Below are positions 58,001-64,000 of a stretch of DNA of 64,000 nucleotides, in pieces (the stretch's first letter is position 1; the number at the start of each line of letters is the position of its first letter). Origin of the DNA: Antedon mediterranea. Lineage: Eukaryota > Animalia > Echinodermata. Under the pieces are notes generated by a model. That model had not been told where the DNA came from. It made no database searches and worked only from the letters and a program-made list of their open reading frames with translations. The stretch lies in assembly GCF_964355755.1 (NCBI RefSeq), contig NC_092670.1, positions 19,330,795 to 19,394,794 of the forward strand, given 5' to 3'. A program made the translations under genes and the position numbers.

Positions 58001-61000
58001 GGAATCCACCTAAAAAAAAATAGAACAGTCAGAGAGTAATCTTGTTAATTAAGATCCACATAAATGAAGATGTGTGTAGAGAGTGGAGTGACGGCTATGA
58101 GTGATCACTGGCTAAACCAAGGTGCCCCAGAGCTTAAAGGGTTCCAGAGCACGAGCAGCCCTAATTCAACTACTTGGAGCTAGAGGGCCCTTAGGAGTGC
58201 TCAACCTTTTCCCCCTGTGTAACGCCACTGTGTGTAGATTGGCTTTAGGTTGTCGCAAGTCCTAATTCATTCACATACTTACGTTGTCTTAAGGATTTGA
58301 TGTGCCTCTTTACAGTGCTGTTTGACAAGGACTTCAAATTCTTCTGGAAGCAGTGGTAACTCTGCTGAGAGTAGATCTGACAAGCGTACAAATCGTAGGT
58401 GACTGAATCTACAAATATACAAAGGTATCATTTATTCTACTATTCTAAAACAATGTACAAGAAATTCAGAAATATCCCATATCCAGAAAACATTAATAGA
58501 ATCTGTGTAAACTTGTAGAATAGATGTGGTTATACACAATGCACTTTCTCTATATGATCGATGTAGAACAATCACAAACCTAATATAAAGATCTGTCTAC
58601 ACTATCAAACTTTATGTGACAAAAAAAAATCATCACACTTTTTTTTGTCAAACTAGTTTGATAATGTAGACAGAGCTTTAAAATAGACCTCATTTATCCA
58701 AGAGCCTACAGAAATGAAATACCAATGCTTACCTCTCATGCCATAGATCCTGTAGTTCTAGCATCATAGGGTTTGTAGTAAACAGATGCTGTTCATTGTG
58801 TTCTTTGTTGACCGAGTACGTATTATGCCAGGGGACAGGCGCCCTCACGATCCGCCGTGGGAACACTTTAGGAATCCAGTCGATGTAAAGACGAATTTTT
58901 TCTTCTGGGTCTTTTAATATGTAATCAACTAAAAATAGATAACAAATTAAGTAAATATTTTATGGGAAAAACTTCATTTAGCAAGCTCTCGATAGTAGAG
59001 TGATTTATTTTATTCATTTATCTACTAAAAAAACATTTGAACAGGATACTATTTTACTACTATGCTCCTGTTTTGAGTATTTGTACATGGCCTAAAAAAC
59101 AATATACTTCATGTTTTTAAAAGTATTATTTATAAAAATAAATAATAAATATAAACATAAAGTACTTACTAATGGCTTTTCTAGCACTAAAATCATAGTC
59201 AGAGAATATCTCATTTTCAAGTATTTCAACAGCTTTCTGCATGGAAGTGCTTTCAAGTAAAGAATTCGGCACATGACTTCTGACTTTTTCAATCATACCT
59301 ACTGGTGGAGATGCCAACATTGATGACTGTATTCCTTTAGTAATGTAGTAATGATAACGCTGTTGTTGAAAAAAAACAAATAATTTATTCAAATTATATA
59401 CACACCCAACAGCGAGCAACTTGCCAATTATAGGATGGATAAACTATTTTTTTATAATTTATCGTGGTTATAAACTAAGTTTCATTTGAAGCTTAGGAAG
59501 TGGAGTTGAAAGAGTTACAACTCTGGCACTACTGTAGGTCAGGATTGAACCCTGTACAGTAGGTCAGGATTGAACCCTGGACCTTTGGATTGGAAAAGAA
59601 GCACATTCAATTATTGATGAGAAAGTCATTTATCTTCTATGTAAGGTGAATTGGATTTTCTTTTTTTCATAGATAAGACAGAAAATGACCACTTGCCTCT
59701 ATATCTCTTTCACTTGGTTCTCCTTCATTCTCGTCTTCTCTGCTTTCTTTGTCCAAAATAATGTCCATTTGCTCCATTGGGGTCATTGGTCGAGACAGAG
59801 GCGGCACAGAAACAAGTCTACATAAAAAGTGGTTATTATACATTCAGTCATATGTGTTAGGTTCGAACACAATGTCAAGTTTGCAGAGACTAGTATTTTG
59901 TGGTTTAACACTTTTGAATGAATGGGTGTTGTAAGAAATTTGACTTTAATATCTAGTTGTGAAGCATTATTTTAATATAAGCTATTATGAATGATTTTGA
60001 ACAGTTTTCCAAACACAAATCTTACGCCATGCTCTGTAAATTTTGACCATTTTTCTTGCCCACAAATGTCTTAGCACGAGGTGAGATCTGCATAAGTTTT
60101 GTAGGTGACGTCTTCCCATTTCTTGGTGATCTCTTTGCTGATAATTAGTTAAGGAAAAGAAATGATGAATAAATTTGTGCAAACAAATGGTAAAACGGTG
60201 GTATGTTATGTATGTACCATTTGCAGATAGGGGTGTTCCACTAAAATTCTTCTATTTGCACTTCGTGGAGAAAGGGCTAAAGTTGGTTTATCCAAGTAGC
60301 TAAGCACAAAATAGCCAAACAAATTTGCTAAATACATTACTATTTTATCAATTACTACTACTAGAGAAAAAAGAAAATATATTGGAGTATAAATACTATG
60401 TAACATTTAACCAGAGAATAACAGTAACATTTTAAAATATTTATCTAAAACTATAAATTAGGCCCCTGATAATGTTTTGTATGTAGCTCTATCTACACTA
60501 TCAAACAAAATGTGATGTGCCCATATATGGACTCGATGACATCATATCACTACCATATTTGAGCATATCACTACCATATTTGGGCACATCATACTTTTTT
60601 TGTCAAACTAGTTTGATAGTGTAGACAGAGCTTCAGTACAGCAGAAACATGTATAGTTAATATAATCAATAGCCGTTCTTATATAACTGCTATAAGACAA
60701 TAAAACAATCAATTAAATCAAAGAAATTAGCACTTAATAGCCGTTATAATATTTATATTTATAGAAACATATTTATCTGTAAGAAATATGTCAAAATAAG
60801 TAGCAGACAATAGCTAATCAATAAGAGCTAGGTTTGCACCTGACTACAGAGTTGAAAGGAAGTAACCGCTATTGAGAACAATTTATGTAGATATCCTTAT
60901 AATAATAATTGACTGGAGAAATCAATTGTACAGAATGTCTGTGTTAGCATGTTTTATGCATAATGATATGGTTAGATGTTGTATAATTTACTGGAGTAAT

Positions 61001-64000
61001 GCAAATGGTACTGTTAATACATACAGCACAATAAGACTAGATGTACAAAGTATGTGGGTTGGCTATAAGATTAATTTTAACTGGCCATAAAACAGTTTTT
61101 TTAGTGACCTAAATTAAATTTTTACTGGTCATCTATATTTTCAACCAAAAATAACCAGAGTGCCAGTTTCTGTAAAGTTTTAATTGTTTGTTTTTACTGG
61201 CCATTAGCCGTCGACATATACTAGCATATATTTAATAATGACCTAAAATTTAGGTCACTATTGATGATAATGCATTATTAATATTAATTATAAAATCATT
61301 ATATTAGGTGTTAAATTACAGTTATTATCAATCTGCTTGCCATGAGTAAACAAATTGAATGTATAATAGAATAACACACATGTTAACTAAACAATTTCAA
61401 ACTCAATAACCATTAGAAGTCATAAGTGAGAAATGAAATCAAAGATGAGTAGAGTAAAGGCCAATTTACACAGAGTAAGCGGAAAGCCGTGTAGCTTGTC
61501 TCACATACAATCTGTATCTATCCTGTCCGCTCTGCATTGTGTGTAAATGGTCATAAGGACTTATTTTTTTCAGCCATCTTTAAAGAGGGTAACCCTTCCA
61601 GTTTAGCCAGTAGGTTAACTAAATATTCAGAGGCTCTCTTTCACAAAATTAAAATACATTGCAACAATAGATTCAATATTTTTATTACCGTTACAACTTG
61701 TCTGTGTAAATTGGCCTTAATGATCATTTCTTCTAGCAAGATCTGTATGTATGTATCATGTATTCTCTACCCGAGTTCTAAGACCTATATGGATTTCAAT
61801 TTAATTCTTAACGTAATGAAATATATCAAATTTAATTATTTGAGTAATAGATATTTATATTATAATCCAAAAACAAAATATTGAATATTCACTGTGTATG
61901 AACCTACAGTATGTATGAATGCATTGGATACCTGCCTCCAACAAATGCCATTGAAATCAATTCATTAGTTGTTGTGATTTACTTCATAAGGCTATAATAA
62001 CCTTCATTACAATAATAGCAGAATTATACACTACTAGATGGTACGCGAGCGAAGCGAGCGTACCATCTAGGTCGTGCCCACAGATGGTTCTCGAATACAT
62101 AATAATTTCAGCGTTAAAAAACTGGCGATTTCAATTGTACGTACCGCAGGACAAATACATGTCGTTTACAGGAACGAATAAATAGACAATGTGATTTATG
62201 TACTCAACTAAAAATATCACCCTGGGAATTACTTCCGAAAGAGAAACTTGTCACAAAATGAGACCAATTGTAATGTCAAATTTAAACAAATTTAATTTGT
62301 GTTTTGTATTTAACATTAGGGTTGAGGGATGGGGAAGAGGATGGGTGGAAAGAGGAACAATTTTTAAATATATTCTTTATCTATTTAGTAACGAAATATT
62401 AATTGTTTTCATGTTTTACAAATAATATACCACTAAACACAGTAAAACATTGCGATGTAATACTTTGTTGAAGCTATAACCGTCCAAGTCGATTGAAATA
62501 GTACAGTACATGTAACGATGTAACATCACTACGACGTGTATATGTTTATATAATGTAAAACAATTTGTGAAAACCACCTCTATTCGGGGAAAATGATAAA
62601 TTCGATTTGATCGTCAATAAATATTAAATTATCTAACTCAACTTAATAAGTAGGCCTAATGGTTTTCAATTGTTTCTTAGAGCCAATTCATACTTAAGTT
62701 GGTTCCTACCCTACCCACCAAAGTTGTTCTGCGTTTAGGGCATGTGATGTACCGTAGGCCTATCCTCTACTGGTTTTACAACGCTACTCATGCCAGTGAG
62801 GGAAGGGTGATGATGTGGGTGGTTTAATTGCAATAATAAAGATTTGTACATAATATACGGCGAGTGAAAACTCTAGCTCATTATCCGTTTAAAAAAAATG
62901 TATATCCAACCACTGCAGCACAGATTGAAACAAAAATGGATCGAATTTCTGTTATGAGTATACAGTACTTGCCTTTACGACGCCTGAGGGAATAGACGCT
63001 TGTGGAACAGAGATTGGAATGTTCCATTCATCGCAAATCAATACATTTGTATAAACGTATATTAAATCTATCAAAATAGTAATTTTTTAAGAAAATCGGC
63101 CTGTCTTCAACATTATGATGCTGTACTCGAGCTGTTCAACCGGTTTTCAGCCATTAAAAACAATTATCGTAGGAGGAGATAGGAAAATACGAAGCATCCT
63201 CGTATTATTGTCTGCGGGTATTTTTCAAGACGGACATCCATTAGACTGTGTATACCACGATCGAAAAACACCCCTATTTGGGGCAAATCGTTGAACCTAA
63301 ATTCGTTTTAATCGTCAATAACTAATTATCGAACTCAATTTAATTAGTAAACAGGGTTACATCAGGTGGTTAAAATCAGTACCGAAAGTACGAACCAACT
63401 TTATATACCATCGAGTAAACATTCTAGAAATAACGCGCGATTTAGATAATTTTGCCCTTACGTAAATTTATATATAGATATCACATCCTGCAAAACATCA
63501 AGATATATTATAACACAGTGCTTGTTACATTAATAAAGCAGAACAGTATTTAACATATTATTAAGCTCTGTCTACACTATCAAACTTTATGTGACAAAAA
63601 ATGTGATGTGCCCATATATGGACATGATGTTATATCACTACCATATTTGGGCATATCACACTCTATTCCTAGAGTTTTCCTAGAATCTAGTTTGATAGTC
63701 TAGATAAGCTTAGCAAATTTGGCTGCATTTTATACAATACAATAATATTTGTCTCACAAAATTATAATTTTATAACTCTCTTGCTACAGTATATTATTCA
63801 TTGACGTATAGATAGAATATAAAGCAAAATAATAAAGAGTAAAAGGATACGTGAGTAACTACGTTTTCTGTTCATGGATGGCTGCGTACAAGACCGCGTC
63901 ATGATCTTGGGCAGCGAGCGTATCTTAAGATTTTTAGCAGATGGCGTGTAGTTATTAGCTATGGATTCACTGGGAGTTCGGTGGTATTTCTGTTCTTTGA
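25067..64000 (-). CDS. DNAH3: Axonemal inner-arm dynein heavy chain 3, multi-exon, 5' end outside the window
   Basis: N-terminal exons match DNAH3 as recalled: [17 protein letters not shown] (63851-64000), [22 protein letters not shown] and [13 protein letters not shown]. Four P-loops and the stalk are present. The C-terminus is [23 protein letters not shown]...[14 protein letters not shown] (last exon 25363-25067). Confidence 0.93.
27379..27549. mobile_element. MITE family B (other copies ~18344-18500, ~42669-42841, fragment ~44690-44800)
   Basis: TIR TGGCCGTATTCACCA / TGGTGAATATGGCCA, with 3-bp CAG on both sides and a shared internal gtgaaatacttaatat.taagggaaatatc. Confidence 0.75.
32433..38008 (-). 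repeat. Tandem array of 82 x 68-bp units; each unit is the last 51 nt of the DNAH3 exon plus the first 17 nt of the intron
   Basis: Minus-strand unit: GGCTTGTGTAAATGGGTTAGGGCTATGGATATATATGACAAAGT(G/T)GCAAAG|gtaagtcac(g/a/c)ctaggag. The span is 5576 bp, exactly 82 x 68. Confidence 0.97.
37958..38069 (-). CDS. DNAH3: DNAH3 exon at the end of the microtubule-binding domain / start of stalk CC2; source of the tandem array
   Basis: [37 protein letters not shown]|gtaagt; joins in phase 0 to the exon starting at 32336 ([10 protein letters not shown]). Confidence 0.93.
40587..40713. mobile_element. Harbinger/Tourist-like MITE family A, representative of ~18 copies
   Basis: TIR AGCTCTGTCTACACTATCAAACT, TAA/TTA TSD and an internal catatcactaccatatttgg motif. 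Other copies near 1436-1554, 5504-5640, 18992-19122, 25880-26036, 28466-28616, 39461-39591, 45195-45307, 47351-47481, 48005-48143, 51401-51528, 52547-52668, 52866-52991, 53623-53746, 57680-57811, 58589-58677, 60485-60632 and 63564-63710. Confidence 0.9.
40960..41013. repeat. (AAT)n microsatellite
   Basis: Read directly from the sequence. Confidence 0.9.
41807..41931 (-). CDS. DNAH3: DNAH3 exon with AAA4 P-loop
   Basis: (G)[30 protein letters not shown]...WREDLKK. Confidence 0.9.
43301..43470 (+). repeat. ~30-35-bp minisatellite, about 6 units (ctagatggcccaaaacccatgacca...)
   Basis: Read directly from the sequence, in a DNAH3 intron. Confidence 0.8.
44478..44635 (-). CDS. DNAH3: DNAH3 exon with AAA3 P-loop (absent from the ORF track)
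   Basis: Translates to [42 protein letters not shown]. Confidence 0.9.
44906..45005 (+). repeat. 29-bp tandem repeat x3 (aatgatacaacattctgagtaaactttca)
   Basis: Read directly from the sequence, starting ~30 nt from a splice donor. Confidence 0.85.
46107..46314. mobile_element. Harbinger-type MITE (208 bp)
   Basis: TAA|AGGCCAACTCAGAC...GTTTGAGTTGGCCT|TAA. Confidence 0.75.
46740..46886. mobile_element. Tc1/pogo-like MITE remnant (related pieces ~6715-6823, ~31310-31485, ~52680-52702)
   Basis: Ends GAGGTTCTACTG|TA; the left arm reads aacctctatt. Confidence 0.5.
47351..47481. mobile_element. MITE family A copy
   Basis: TAA|AGCTCTGTC...GACAGAGCT|TAA. Confidence 0.85.
47509..47884 (-). CDS. DNAH3: DNAH3 exon with AAA2 P-loop
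   Basis: [16 protein letters not shown] and [18 protein letters not shown]. Confidence 0.93.
48697..48910 (+). repeat. ~140-bp direct duplication in a DNAH3 intron
   Basis: ttgcatctctagtgg(g)aaccaagcattagacttgca and gtatgtt.caattcttt.ctatcaattgat each occur twice. Confidence 0.75.
48957..49356 (-). CDS. DNAH3: DNAH3 exon with AAA1 Walker A/B
   Basis: [24 protein letters not shown] and [11 protein letters not shown]; flanked by tag and gtagg. Confidence 0.95.
50594..50769. mobile_element. Harbinger-type MITE (related copy ~39962-40160)
   Basis: GGGTCTATCACACCTGTTCC / GGAACAGGTCTGAAAGACCC arms with TTA flanks. Confidence 0.6.
52547..52668. mobile_element. MITE family A copy
   Basis: TTA|AGCTCTGTCTACAC...GTGTAGACAGGGCT|TTA. 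Confidence 0.85.
53623..53746. mobile_element. MITE family A copy
   Basis: TAA|AGCTCTGTC...GGCAGAGCT|TAA. Confidence 0.8.
54802..55113. mobile_element. ~310-bp TIR element
   Basis: taataccc..ttgtaacaagttgtaacca / tggttacaacttgttacaa..gggtatta form inverted arms. Confidence 0.6.
62034..63478 (-). mobile_element. Non-autonomous Helitron-like element, copy 2 (DNAH3 intron)
   Basis: Same TC...CTAG termini between A and T on the minus strand. About 450 bp at the 5' end and about 500 bp at the 3' end are shared with copy 1; the central segment differs. Confidence 0.85.

Noticed and set aside
60206-60406. Minus-strand ORF as a DNAH3 exon
   Set aside because: The exon ending at 63851 (phase 1) already joins the exon starting at ~60138 in phase. 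This segment's phases do not fit and it shows no recognisable motif; an alternative exon cannot be fully excluded.

Overview
AT-rich, intron-rich eukaryotic DNA from an invertebrate, most likely an echinoderm (the tektin is very close to sea-urchin tektin A1 as I recall it). Genes assembled by eye from GT/GC-AG sites and reading phase are tektin-4 (+, 6 exons), NDUFB10 (-, 4 exons), a class I SAM methyltransferase (-, 6 exons) and the axonemal inner-arm dynein heavy chain DNAH3 (-, about 39 kb, running off the right edge). There are also two candidate orphan genes: a signal-anchored protein with a tyrosine-motif-rich tail, and a small charged protein head-to-head with tektin. Mobile DNA includes a Merlin element with nested LINE fragments, two Helitron-like copies, a Kolobok-like element, a tRNA-SINE and many Harbinger-type MITEs. 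The most unusual signals are three. (1) An 82-copy, 68-bp tandem array built from the 3' end of a DNAH3 stalk exon plus its splice donor, with higher-order structure. (2) Helitron-like copies whose terminal hairpin loop occurs in flip and flop orientations. (3) The LAT/PAG-like orphan adaptor. No database searches were run.
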